From a virus (Duplodnaviria; Caudoviricetes), in IMG/VR virus record IMGVR_UViG_3300028580_000062, positions 1-64,000 of that record: DNA of 64,000 bases. One strand, written 5' to 3'. Positions 19,568 through 29,299 of this stretch are shown here, piece by piece. The position numbers and the translations under genes are program-made. The notes beneath the pieces are model-generated. The model was not told where the DNA came from and did no database searches. It saw only the letters and a list, made by a program, of their open reading frames with translations. Positions within the stretch are counted from its first letter, which is position 1, and every line of letters begins with the position of its first letter.

Positions 19568-20551
19568 ATGGACGACCGTGGAGAAGTAATTATATATCAG
19601 ACTGAAGACGGTTTGACAAAAATAGATGTCACTATGCAGGATGAAACAGTGTGGTTGAGTCAGGCAGATATGTCAAAGCTTTTTCAAACGACTAAGCAAA
19701 ATGTTAGTCTGCATATAAATAATATTTTTAAGGACGGAGAACTTGACAGTGCTTCAGTTGTCAAGGAATGCTTGACAACTGGTGCTGACGGAAAAAACTA
19801 TAAAACAAAATTTTATAATCTGGATGTTATCATCTCCGTTGGCTATCGTGTCAAATCCCAGCGTGGTGTTCAGTTCCGTATATGGGCAACAAACATTTTA
19901 AAGGAATACATCAAAAAAGGTTTCGCGATGGATGATGACCGCCTGAAAGAGTTGGGCGGTGGCGGATACTTTAAGGAGCTGTTGGAAAGAATCCGAGACA
20001 TCCGGGCTTCTGAAAAGGTATTTTATCGTCAGGTATTGGAAATCTATGCGACCAGTGTTGATTACAACCCTAATGCGGAAGTCTCCATACAATTTTTCAA
20101 GCGAGTACAAAACAAGATCCATTATGCCGTTTCCGGCGAGACTGCGGCGGAGGTGATCTATCATCGTGCTGACGCAGAAAAGGATTTCATGGGTCTGATG
20201 ACTTTTTCAGGAGATCAGCCTACGCTCCGTGAAGCGAAGACTGCAAAGAACTATCTGAATGAAAAAGAGCTTCGCGCAATGGGCCAGCTCGTTTCCGGAT
20301 ATCTTGATTTTGCTGAGAGACAGGCAGAGCGTGAGATTCCGATGACGATGGAGGACTGGGCCAGACATCTTGATGGCATTTTGACCTCCACAGGAGAAAA
20401 GCTGCTGATTGGAAATGGGACTGTCAGCCATGATCAGGCAATGGACAAGGCGCAGACGGAGTATAAAAAATACAAAGCGAAAACATTGAGCAGTGTGGAG
20501 CAGGACTACCTGAATAGCATAAAGCAGCTGGAAAAGAAGAGCAAAAAATAA
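19568..20551 (+). CDS. rhuM: Virulence RhuM family protein
   Basis: YNLDVIISVGYRVKSQRGVQFRIWAT and RIRDIRASEKVFY motifs. Confidence 0.85.
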   Translation: MDDRGEVIIYQTEDGLTKIDVTMQDETVWLSQADMSKLFQTTKQNVSLHINNIFKDGELDSASVVKECLTTGADGKNYKTKFYNLDVIISVGYRVKSQRGVQFRIWATNILKEYIKKGFAMDDDRLKELGGGGYFKELLERIRDIRASEKVFYRQVLEIYATSVDYNPNAEVSIQFFKRVQNKIHYAVSGETAAEVIYHRADAEKDFMGLMTFSGDQPTLREAKTAKNYLNEKELRAMGQLVSGYLDFAERQAEREIPMTMEDWARHLDGILTSTGEKLLIGNGTVSHDQAMDKAQTEYKKYKAKTLSSVEQDYLNSIKQLEKKSKK

Positions 20552-20582
20552 TCTATCATGGCTACAGGAAAATCTATGAATA

Positions 20583-21025
20583 AGGGTTGAGACAATGGCA
20601 ATCGTGGAGCAATTCCCTTGTACCAATCCGGCGTCAAGGTGGAGACAGTGGACGCCAGACCCGGATGCCATATATAAGGTACGTTCAAACAGTGGAGCAA
20701 TTCCCGCGAACGTACAAAAGCGTGTCGATAAGTTTTCGCAAACCGAAAAAAGCGGTTGAACAATTTCCGCGAACGGATGGGCAGAAAATCGAAGGTTCAC
20801 GAGAACTGGTCAATAAGGAGACATCAAGATGGAGCAATCGGGCCACGTTGAGACCGTGGTTCTGATGGAGTTACATAAATAAAAAAGCTTCAAAATAGTG
20901 CTTAACAAAGGGATTTCTGCAATTTGCCAGTTGATGAGAATCAGCTCGCTTGAGACAGAAATCCCTTCTTTTTTTAGTCTTCGGAGACAGTGAGACAATA
21001 AGAATGTTGATTTCAGGGTTGAGAC
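20583..21025 (+). repeat. Cluster of degenerate rlmD/rumA-3'-like att half-site scars bounded by AGGGTTGAGAC direct repeats
   Basis: GTGGAGCAATTCCC at 20604 and 20692, GTTGAACAATTTCC at 20755, GGCCACGTTGAGACCGTGGTTCTG at 20841-20864; AGGGTTGAGAC at 20583 and 21015. Confidence 0.5.
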
Positions 21026-21114
21026 TATAGAACTACTGTATCCTGACATTTGCGAGGATGCGAATGGTTGTTTTTAATCAGAACAGAAAAATGTTCTGAT
21101 TGAAAGGAGACTCT

Positions 21115-22146
21115 ATGACAGACATTAATACGATTCTTCCAAATGCAGTTGAAGGGCAGGAAGCTTTCATCCTCGACCATGGCAAAGTTGTTGATGGTGC
21201 ATTAAAGTACCAAGACGAGCTAACAAGCTATGGCTGGAACATCAAGCAGTTTAACAAAATGCATGTAGGTGCCTTTGTGCTTAATAGGCATCCAGGTAAG
21301 ATAACAAAGGACAGGAAATTCGAAATATATGCAGGTGGCTATGTTGACAGCATTTCTGATCCTGACGAAGATGGAAACGTTACGGCAACCATCACTCATG
21401 CATTTAATATTGTGCCGCCAATCAAACAAGGTGACTCTTTCATTGAGAATTTTGAGTGGAAGAGTAAAAATAAGCGGCCAAGAAGCTGGGAGCACTTCTG
21501 GAATCAATATGGCATGAACACTATAAGCTATGCGGAATATGAGAAAATCATAAATGCAGCACATTGTATTCCTGCTGGGGATGTAACCGCAGAAGTGGTG
21601 CCAGATGAGCCAGATATCACTGCAGAAGAAGTTGATGAGCTTGAGAGCACAAATGCAAACGGCTTTGATGTTGTCCTTGAGGAAGATGGTCCTATTCATG
21701 CACAAAGAGAAAAGAAGTATAGTGGTATAGCAAGAACCATCGACTTCGAGAAGATCCAAAAGGCTAAGAATAAAACTGGTGCTTTAGGAGAAGAAATCGT
21801 ACTCGATATCCTCATTCAAAAGGCAGCAGCAGAAGGTCTCAAGGCTCCCGTTCATGCATCAAAGGAAGAGGGAGATGGCCTAGGGTATGATATTCGGAGC
21901 TGGGATGCAGCTGGCAATGAAATTCATGTTGAAGTCAAAGCATCCAGGAATAAATATGCTGACGGATTTGAAATGTCATACAACGAGGTCATGGCCTCAA
22001 AAGATGGCCGATATAAATATCGAATATACAGACTTTACAATCTGAATTCCAAAACGAAAGAGTGCCGGCTAAAAATTTATGACGGCCCAATTACCGAAGA
22101 GGGCTATAAATTGGTCAGTACAAAAATTGCTGTATATCAGAAATAG
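21115..22146 (+). CDS. DUF3883 (PD-(D/E)XK) domain nuclease-like protein
   Basis: C-terminal GALGEEIV...GDGLGYDIRSWD...IHVEVKAS motif; AAAGGAG RBS. Confidence 0.75.
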   Translation: MTDINTILPNAVEGQEAFILDHGKVVDGALKYQDELTSYGWNIKQFNKMHVGAFVLNRHPGKITKDRKFEIYAGGYVDSISDPDEDGNVTATITHAFNIVPPIKQGDSFIENFEWKSKNKRPRSWEHFWNQYGMNTISYAEYEKIINAAHCIPAGDVTAEVVPDEPDITAEEVDELESTNANGFDVVLEEDGPIHAQREKKYSGIARTIDFEKIQKAKNKTGALGEEIVLDILIQKAAAEGLKAPVHASKEEGDGLGYDIRSWDAAGNEIHVEVKASRNKYADGFEMSYNEVMASKDGRYKYRIYRLYNLNSKTKECRLKIYDGPITEEGYKLVSTKIAVYQK

Positions 22147-22149
22147 ACC

Positions 22150-22760
22150 TGTGCGTTCTTGCAGTCCAAGCGGTGATTACATATAAAAAGTGGCAGATCG
22201 GAGATTACACAGTCTGTCATTTCAGATCCTTCAGAAGCGGATCGCATTACCTTATAATTACAGCATATGCTGTGTGTAATGCGCTGGCGCATCGACAACA
22301 TATGTCTGTTGTGGAACTTGCTCATCATATGCAGCTCTGTCCACAACATATTTCGTCTTTTCCTTCTCTATGGGTGCCACATCTTTCTTATGGACTGGAA
22401 TATTCCTTGTATGCCTCACTGATCTCCAGTCCTCGAATGTTCCACCCTTATGATACTTCGCAATCCAGTAGGAGAGCACACATCTATACCGTATTTCATA
22501 TTTCTGGCATACTTCGCTATAAAGTGTGTCTACATATACCTCCAGTAAGGCAGTCAGTTTTTCATCAGATGTGAGCCTCTTTGCAGGCTTCTTGAGACCT
22601 TCTTCTACTTCGTTCCTGTAGATCTCACAGACGACTCTGACAACTGATGTGCTGATGCATGCTTTCTTTCCGAGCACTGCATATGGGTCTTCTTTGTTTC
22701 ACGTTCTTTGATCAGATGAAGCTTCCTTTGCAATGTCATCTTTGACTTTCGTCCCATTTT
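22150..22760 (-). pseudogene. Degenerate IS3/IS150-like transposase relic
   Basis: Frameshifted MGRKSKMTLQRKL... start and HTH-like EVCQKYEI..VLSYWIAKY segment; no intact DDE domain. Confidence 0.45.
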
Positions 22761-23137
22761 GCGTCTCTTTTAGATATTCGAAGACTCTACTTAGTTCAAG
22801 CATAACGCACAGCCATTTAAAAAATGCAGTAAAATGTTGATTCCGAGGTAAAAAATCTATGAAAGAGTATCTGATTGCGCTTGTAAAATAAGTAATTTGA
22901 CCTCTGATTATTTAACATGTTACTGGTTGAAGGTTACTTTGTCCCCTACATTGTAGGTTGTCAAATCTATGCATAGTGTTAAAATCATTTGTATAGGTTT
23001 CATGTTTTATATTTTGTTAATGAGAGTATGGAATTAAAAATGGACTTTCAAAGCAGTACGGGATACGTATTTCGCGTTTTGGAGTGTGCATGGGAATATG
23101 TTACATGATTTTAGGTGCTTGCAAAGAAAAGGGGTAA

Positions 23138-24172
23138 ATGTATATGGCAAAAACAATATCACTATTCAACAATAAAGGAGGTGTAAGTAAGACAACAACT
23201 ACCTTCCACTTAGGATGGAAGCTAGCTGAAAAGGGGTACAAGACATTAATCGTAGATACTGATCCACAATGTAATTTGACCGGATTATGTATAAATGCTG
23301 ATAAGGAAAACAAGTTGTTTGATTTTTATAAGAGCAACAATGATAATATTAAAAACTCTCTTTCTCCTGTGTTTTCTGGGAAGCCTGAACCACTCAAAGC
23401 AACAACATGTTTTCAATTTGATGCAAATAAAAACTTGTTTTTATTGCCTGGGCACATAGATTTTTCTGAATATGATGCTACTTATAGTGTAGCAGAAAAC
23501 TTGACAGGTTCTTTGGCTCTATTTCAGAATGTGCCAGGTGCGCTACGCAAGCTTCTTGAATTAACTGGGAATCGATACAATATCGACTATATATTAATTG
23601 ATATGAGTCCTAGTATTTCAGCAACAAATGCAAATATTTTGATGGAAAGTGATTTTTTTATTTTACCATGTGCACCTGATTATTTTTGTTATATGGCTAT
23701 TGATTCACTAGAAAAAGTTTTTCCACGTTGGAATAATACCTATAAAAAATTAAGAGAAAATACAATATTCAAAAATGCTTCATACAAAATTAGTGATTCT
23801 GCACCTAGGTTTATAGGCACAATACAACAAAGGTATCGTCCAAGAAACGGTTCTCCTGCAAAGGCTTTTTCGGAATGGATTGATGACATAAATCGCCTTG
23901 TTTCAAACAAATTAGTTCCTGTTTTAAAGGATAATGATATGGTTATTTGTTACGAAGCTGCAAACTATGAAAATCATTACAATTTAATTAATATTGCTGA
24001 CTTCAATAGTTTAATTGCACAATCCCAAGCTAATAACACTCCCGTGTACTTATTAACGCAAGAGCAGGTTCAAAAATCAGGAAGCGTATGGGATAATATG
24101 AAGAAAAATATAGATGATTTTAATAGTACTTTTGATACTTTAGCTAATCGTGTTATTCAAGCCACGCGATAA
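23138..24172 (+). CDS. Orphan ParA/Soj-family ATPase
   Basis: Deviant Walker A NKGGVSKTT, IVDTDPQCNLT, LIDMSPS; AT-rich; no parB nearby. Confidence 0.85.
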   Translation: MYMAKTISLFNNKGGVSKTTTTFHLGWKLAEKGYKTLIVDTDPQCNLTGLCINADKENKLFDFYKSNNDNIKNSLSPVFSGKPEPLKATTCFQFDANKNLFLLPGHIDFSEYDATYSVAENLTGSLALFQNVPGALRKLLELTGNRYNIDYILIDMSPSISATNANILMESDFFILPCAPDYFCYMAIDSLEKVFPRWNNTYKKLRENTIFKNASYKISDSAPRFIGTIQQRYRPRNGSPAKAFSEWIDDINRLVSNKLVPVLKDNDMVICYEAANYENHYNLINIADFNSLIAQSQANNTPVYLLTQEQVQKSGSVWDNMKKNIDDFNSTFDTLANRVIQATR

Positions 24173-24243
24173 GTATTACATGAAGTTGAATGAACAGATC
24201 TGCCGCAATGTAATTTTGTAAAGTGTATTTCTTATTTTTTTCT

Positions 24244-24735
24244 TTATTCTTCTATTCCAATCGTCACCCCTGATTTGAATTCCATGGTGAAGTGATACCG
24301 AAACACAGTGATCTTTGGATGAGGTTTTTGTCCAATTCTGTGACTTCAGTTTTCTGCTGGCTGATGAAGTCCTGCAGTTCTTTGATCCGGTTCATGGCTT
24401 CTTCCCGGCAGTGATCGTCTATTTCGGATTTTCTTTCTGCTCCCGGAGCCGGAAGATTTCGTCAGCGATGGCATCGTAGTCTTGCTTGCTGCTGACCTTC
24501 TTGATGAGTTCCTTTTGCAGTTCCTCCAGCCTGCTCTGGATGCCGTCAGGCGAAAGGGTATCCGCATTGACTACGGCCTTGGCGATGCTTTTCTACAGGA
24601 TTTTCAGGAAGGTGCCTTTATCAGTAAGAATCTGATTAATAGCCTTAACGGTAATGTCTTGCAGAATGGTTTCGTTTACTGTCCGGTTGGTGTCGCTTTC
24701 TGTACTGGTCTGTTCGCTTAGGTAGCAAAGCGGCA
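24244..24735 (-). pseudogene. 3' fragment of large serine recombinase
   Basis: RTVNETILQDITVKAIN...LEELQKELIKK...YDAIADEIFRLREQK...KITVFRYHFTMEFKSGVTI, with an internal stop (24593) and a frameshift. Confidence 0.75.
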
Positions 24736-24814
24736 AAGAATCGTTTGACTTTTTTCCATACTCGATCGCACATTGGAACCAATACAAAATTATACGGCAC
24801 AAGTACTGATTACA

Positions 24815-24845
24815 TAAAAAAGGAGCAGCCGGTCGACTCGGCTGC
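24815..24845 (-). terminator. Intrinsic terminator after sigma-like gene
   Basis: GCAGCCG/CGGCTGC stem followed by a T-tract on the minus strand. Confidence 0.55.
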
Positions 24846-24859
24846 CCTTGGAAGTAAGA

Positions 24860-25345
24860 TCACTTCCAGTCTTTCAGTTTATTTCGTAACTGCTTAATGA
24901 TGATCTTCTCCCGATAGGACACAGTGGATTGTGGCATATGAACTTTTTTTGCAATTTCACGCGTACCCACTTTGTTGGCGTAGAGAATAATAATCTCTCT
25001 GTCAACCTGAGGAAGTTCATCGACAGCGTTGTGGAGTGCTTCGTTCAGCATACGGCGGATGACTTCATCTTCAAGAGAATAATCGTCTTGAATCTCCAAA
25101 CCATCATCATCCATCTTTTCGATGGAGTATGGATCGCCATATGTGTCCTTCCAAGCATGGTACTTAGGACATTCTTCACAGTTTGCCATGCAGCGATGGG
25201 TACCAAGGAAACAGCGTCTTTCTCTTTCCTGACGCTTGCGTTCCTTCCACAGGGGACCTTTATAAGCCTTATACACTTCCTCTGTGACTGTTACCGTGTG
25301 CTTCCCTACTTCAACCGTGAATCCATTCTTTTCATTTGTTGACAT
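24860..25345 (-). CDS. Sigma-70 region-4-like factor (relic element C)
   Basis: VTVTEEVYKAY...RC...RCMANCEEC plus C-terminal HTH GTREIAKKVHMPQSTVSYR; paralog of 33439. Confidence 0.75.
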   Translation of the reverse strand: MSTNEKNGFTVEVGKHTVTVTEEVYKAYKGPLWKERKRQERERRCFLGTHRCMANCEECPKYHAWKDTYGDPYSIEKMDDDGLEIQDDYSLEDEVIRRMLNEALHNAVDELPQVDREIIILYANKVGTREIAKKVHMPQSTVSYREKIIIKQLRNKLKDWK

Positions 25346-25716
25346 TTTTTGTCTGGACCGGAGCCAAGCGTTACTGGATCGGGGAACAGACAAAAGGAAC
25401 CACTGCACGCTTGTTCGGTATTGAGCCGATCCAGATGCGCAATGGTTCCCATTGAAGAAACATTGTGTGATGCAATTACCAGCCAGCAATGATGGTCATG
25501 AGCCCTGGACTGGTACTTTGAAAATGGTCTCGCTAGATGCGAGCACCGGAGTTGATCAAACTCTGATGTGTAAATAAAGGCAGTTTATAGCGTCATGCTC
25601 GGGACGCTTTTTGCTTAATTAGAGCTTAGAATATTGCTTAGTAGTCCGTCTATGAGCCACTTTTAATGTGCTTTTGTCTATAACGTTGTCGATGATTTAT
25701 ACGTTTTGTCACCTAG

Positions 25717-26334
25717 TTGTCAAAACACGTTGTATCTGTTGACAAAACGTGTATACTAAATGAAATGAGGGGAGTATTTATGGAAGACAAAAGAGAAATA
25801 ATGAGAAAACAATTTGGTAAAAGGTTGAACGATTTGCTGGAAGAAAAGAGAATGACAAAATACCAACTTGCACAGAATTGTGGTATTGACCGTGCAAATA
25901 TCTCAAAATACATTACCGGAGAGAGGGTTCCTCAGATGGATGCATTTTTAGCAATATGTGACGAGTTGCAGGTTTCGCCAAATTATTTTCTTGACGTTCC
26001 AAGGTGTGATTATGTTTCAGACGAAGACAAATCAATAGCAAGGAAAATTATCGAATCCTTGGTGCTATTAAGCACTGAAGGGATGATTCGTACAGGTGAA
26101 GAAGTGAATGGGGATAACTATAATCCAGAATATGATCCAGATTTTATCTTGGCACTTGGAAACAGCAAGGTTCTTAACCAGGTTATGGAAGAAATTAAAA
26201 TATGGAGAAAATCTACTCTTGTAGCAGGTGAAAATATTTGTTCAAAGATTTGTGATGGCTATGAAGCCAAGCTAATGATGGAAATGAATGAGAATGCTGC
26301 GGGGGAGCTTTCAAGCGATGATCTTCCTTTTTAG
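25717..26334 (+). CDS. XRE family HTH repressor
   Basis: MTKYQLAQNCGIDRANISKYITGERVP HTH; divergent from the sigma-like gene. The true start may be ~50-60 nt further in. Confidence 0.8.
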   Translation: MSKHVVSVDKTCILNEMRGVFMEDKREIMRKQFGKRLNDLLEEKRMTKYQLAQNCGIDRANISKYITGERVPQMDAFLAICDELQVSPNYFLDVPRCDYVSDEDKSIARKIIESLVLLSTEGMIRTGEEVNGDNYNPEYDPDFILALGNSKVLNQVMEEIKIWRKSTLVAGENICSKICDGYEAKLMMEMNENAAGELSSDDLPF

Positions 26335-26337
26335 ATA

Positions 26338-26517
26338 CTAAGGAATTTCCAGATCATTATTTATTTGCTCAAGTTGTAGATATACTTCATCAATAACTGA
26401 ATCTGATAGGTCTTCTATAGAATTGGTGCCGTTGGATTCTAATACAGATTGAATAATTGCTAAATTGCAGAATTCTTTCATTTTGTTGACTAGCGATTCT
26501 ATATCATTTTTTGTCAT
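26338..26517 (-). CDS. Small hypothetical protein
   Basis: GGAGG RBS before MTKNDIES. Confidence 0.45.
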   Translation of the reverse strand: MTKNDIESLVNKMKEFCNLAIIQSVLESNGTNSIEDLSDSVIDEVYLQLEQINNDLEIP

Positions 26518-26676
26518 ATTCGACCTCCGACTTACTGATTTCATGGTTAGAATAGCTAGAAAGAATCGTTGCCTCAACGTTCTGCTTGTGCACAAAAAAA
26601 GCCCAGATTTACTGGACTTTTTAAATGGTCATTATAATAATGTGCATTATTTCGACTGTTTTTGTGTATCGTGCAT

Positions 26677-28614
26677 TCACATTTCAGTTTGAAAATCGTC
26701 TTGAATATCCGAAGGATTTTCAAATCTAACGGTTGCGTCACCCAGCTGCGGCAAGTCTCTTGAAGCTAAGTATTTGTTCCATAGTTCTAGATCAGGGGAG
26801 AAATAATAGAGCAAATAATAATATGCTCTGTCAATTGGATCGGTACTTTTTATTAGATCGACATGTATTTCGCCAAGTAGTAGCAGTGTGATTGCAGCAG
26901 ATACCCCTAAACCAATTGAAAGCTGAATGATTGTAGATTTTGCTGGTTGCTTTGTCTTCCCAGAGAGAATATTATCTAAGCATTTTCGACTTAGACCGGC
27001 ATCCACAGCAATTTCATCTTGTTTTTTCCCAGACTGCTCATACAAATAACGTACTTTACCGGCAAGTGTAGTGATTGAATTGAGCATTTCGATAGTTGAT
27101 GTTTCTTCTTCGAGCTTTGATGAGAGTTTCTGAATTGTATCAAAGTTGTCTCTTTCATTGAACATGTACTGTTTGTCGGGACCTACGAGGCAGTATAAGA
27201 TACCATATTCATTTCTATGAGTGTACTTACAGCGTTTAACTTCGAACTGAAGACAACATTCTGTAGTGTGTCCAAGGGCATATTCTGTTAAGTAGCGCCC
27301 ACTAATCTTATCAGTTATAACAAACTTACTGTCATTTATGCATAAATGAGAATCAACGTATACGAGGGCGCCAAGCATAAACCCTTCGAGGAGATTTGGA
27401 TAATCGATAAAGATCTTATTTAGTGTTTCCTCGTTGATTGTTATTGTATTCCCTTTTTGTAAAGTTCCATCCTCAAAACTATACGGTGTCACATAATGGC
27501 CATCGACATAATCGAGACATCCGGTGGCAGTAGTCCATCCCGCATAAATCATTCTCATTTTAACAGATTGTTTAGAAGTTCTATATGCAGTGGCCAGGTC
27601 TTCAGTCACTAGCGTATAGATCAATCCTTCGTTTTGATCAGGATATTTTTTACGGTATGACTCAAACGATTCGTTTACAGCCGTATTAAAAGTCTCTGAA
27701 GGCATGAATAAGCGGGAGGTAAGTTTAACAACTTGTGCTTCAGCTAGATTCCTAAATTCTAAATCATCATTGTCTGCTTCGCACGTATCATCTGTAGATT
27801 CTGTCTTCTCTTCGATAGTGTTAATTGATTCATCAAAACAAGAACGTAGCATCATTGCAAAACGGTCCAAGATAAAGTGGCAAAATTCATGGACTATTAA
27901 TGTGTAGAGAGTTTTTAATTTCCTTCTATTCAGAGTTGTAATGTCAATGATAATTGTGCCTGGCATTACATGCATGGTTTTTAACTCACCGTATTCATCA
28001 AATGTAGAAATATCGGACTCAGTAAATATTATCTCGGCTTGTACGTCTCCATACTGAGAAATTTGAGCATAAATTATTGATAACCTGCACGCATCAATTA
28101 GTTGCATAGGATTTAATGGACGACCGACAGTAGGAATTTCACCGCAGTAGTTCATTAAAAGCTGCAGAGCAACGTCATCGTAGTCTTTATCATATAGTAC
28201 CGGCAAAAGGATATCAGAATATGTATGAAGCCAATGCTCGGAGTCATATGGCTTAATTTCTTGAATTTTGAGATCTGGCAATTTCGCTGATAAATCTCCA
28301 AACACAACAACTTCAAAATATTTCGTGGTTGAGTATGATTCTGATAAAACGTTTTTACCTTTTGGATAAACAATAATTTGGCAGATTACTTTTATGTGAC
28401 TTTCGATTGTGCCATTATCAAAACACTCACTAGTAGTATCGTGAATGTCTATATTTTCAAGTTCAAAATCAGAATGATCTGTTGCTGCATATGTATACAA
28501 CTCTGGATGCTGCTCAAGCTGATCTTCAATGGCAGATTCGAGTTGTTCATGATAATTCATTTCTAATAATGCACTTAACTTGTACTGCGTATTAACCAAT
28601 ATAAATACCTCCAT
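26677..28614 (-). CDS. ImmA/IrrE-family metallopeptidase fused to C-terminal XRE HTH
   Basis: IVHEFCHF (HExxH), AEAQ, SKQSVKMRM; C-terminal QDEIAVDAGLSRKCLDNILSG HTH. Confidence 0.8.
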   Translation of the reverse strand: MEVFILVNTQYKLSALLEMNYHEQLESAIEDQLEQHPELYTYAATDHSDFELENIDIHDTTSECFDNGTIESHIKVICQIIVYPKGKNVLSESYSTTKYFEVVVFGDLSAKLPDLKIQEIKPYDSEHWLHTYSDILLPVLYDKDYDDVALQLLMNYCGEIPTVGRPLNPMQLIDACRLSIIYAQISQYGDVQAEIIFTESDISTFDEYGELKTMHVMPGTIIIDITTLNRRKLKTLYTLIVHEFCHFILDRFAMMLRSCFDESINTIEEKTESTDDTCEADNDDLEFRNLAEAQVVKLTSRLFMPSETFNTAVNESFESYRKKYPDQNEGLIYTLVTEDLATAYRTSKQSVKMRMIYAGWTTATGCLDYVDGHYVTPYSFEDGTLQKGNTITINEETLNKIFIDYPNLLEGFMLGALVYVDSHLCINDSKFVITDKISGRYLTEYALGHTTECCLQFEVKRCKYTHRNEYGILYCLVGPDKQYMFNERDNFDTIQKLSSKLEEETSTIEMLNSITTLAGKVRYLYEQSGKKQDEIAVDAGLSRKCLDNILSGKTKQPAKSTIIQLSIGLGVSAAITLLLLGEIHVDLIKSTDPIDRAYYYLLYYFSPDLELWNKYLASRDLPQLGDATVRFENPSDIQDDFQTEM

Positions 28615-29062
28615 GGCGTGTTATGAAACCGCTTTCTTCTGGGAAAATAATACAACATAATTTATTGAATCCTAGTCTTGACAGATGGGAAAAGTAGGAA
28701 ATCCAACTTTTTAGTGAAAACTTTTATGAAAAGCTTTTGTTAAGCCGTTATTATACTTTTTGTATTTAGTTAAATATGACTCATATGTCTAGAGAATTAC
28801 AAATATCTGAAAATGGTGGAATATGGCGTTTTAAACTTGTTAATTTTTACAATGATGATTATTAAAAATATGAAAGACTAATATTGAAAAGTAACATTCT
28901 TGAAATTATGCGGGTGTGCTACGGTGGATTTTCTATAGCAGACACCAATGAAAAAATCATTTTCTCTCAATTAATCTACATTATTTGCTACATAATTCTA
29001 ATCATATATGACTTGCTATTTTATCTTGGCTGATCAATTAGTATATCAAGGAGGATTTTATA

Positions 29063-29299
29063 ATGACAACCGATATAAAACGCTATATATGCTTAATGTC
29101 AAATCTCAAGGATAAACTTTTGGATAGATCTGATAAAGTTAACTGGGAAATTGTGGAAAATTTAGTTTGGACATTGATTAAAAGCGATTCTTCGGATGAC
29201 GATGATCATATTAGCGAGACACTTACTGAAATGATTAACGGAGAGTTTCAATTAATAGAAGAAAACAATAGAAAAAAAGGTGTATGGCTAGTAAAATAA
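29063..29299 (+). CDS. Hypothetical protein
   Basis: AGGAGG RBS; overlaps the start of the MTase ORF. Confidence 0.45.
   Translation: MTTDIKRYICLMSNLKDKLLDRSDKVNWEIVENLVWTLIKSDSSDDDDHISETLTEMINGEFQLIEENNRKKGVWLVK

Noticed and set aside
20587-20865. 92-aa ORF as a real protein
   Set aside because: It is a patchwork of att-like fragments without an RBS; treated as scars.
22173-22574. 133-aa plus-strand ORF
   Set aside because: Antisense to the IS relic; no RBS or recognisable domain.
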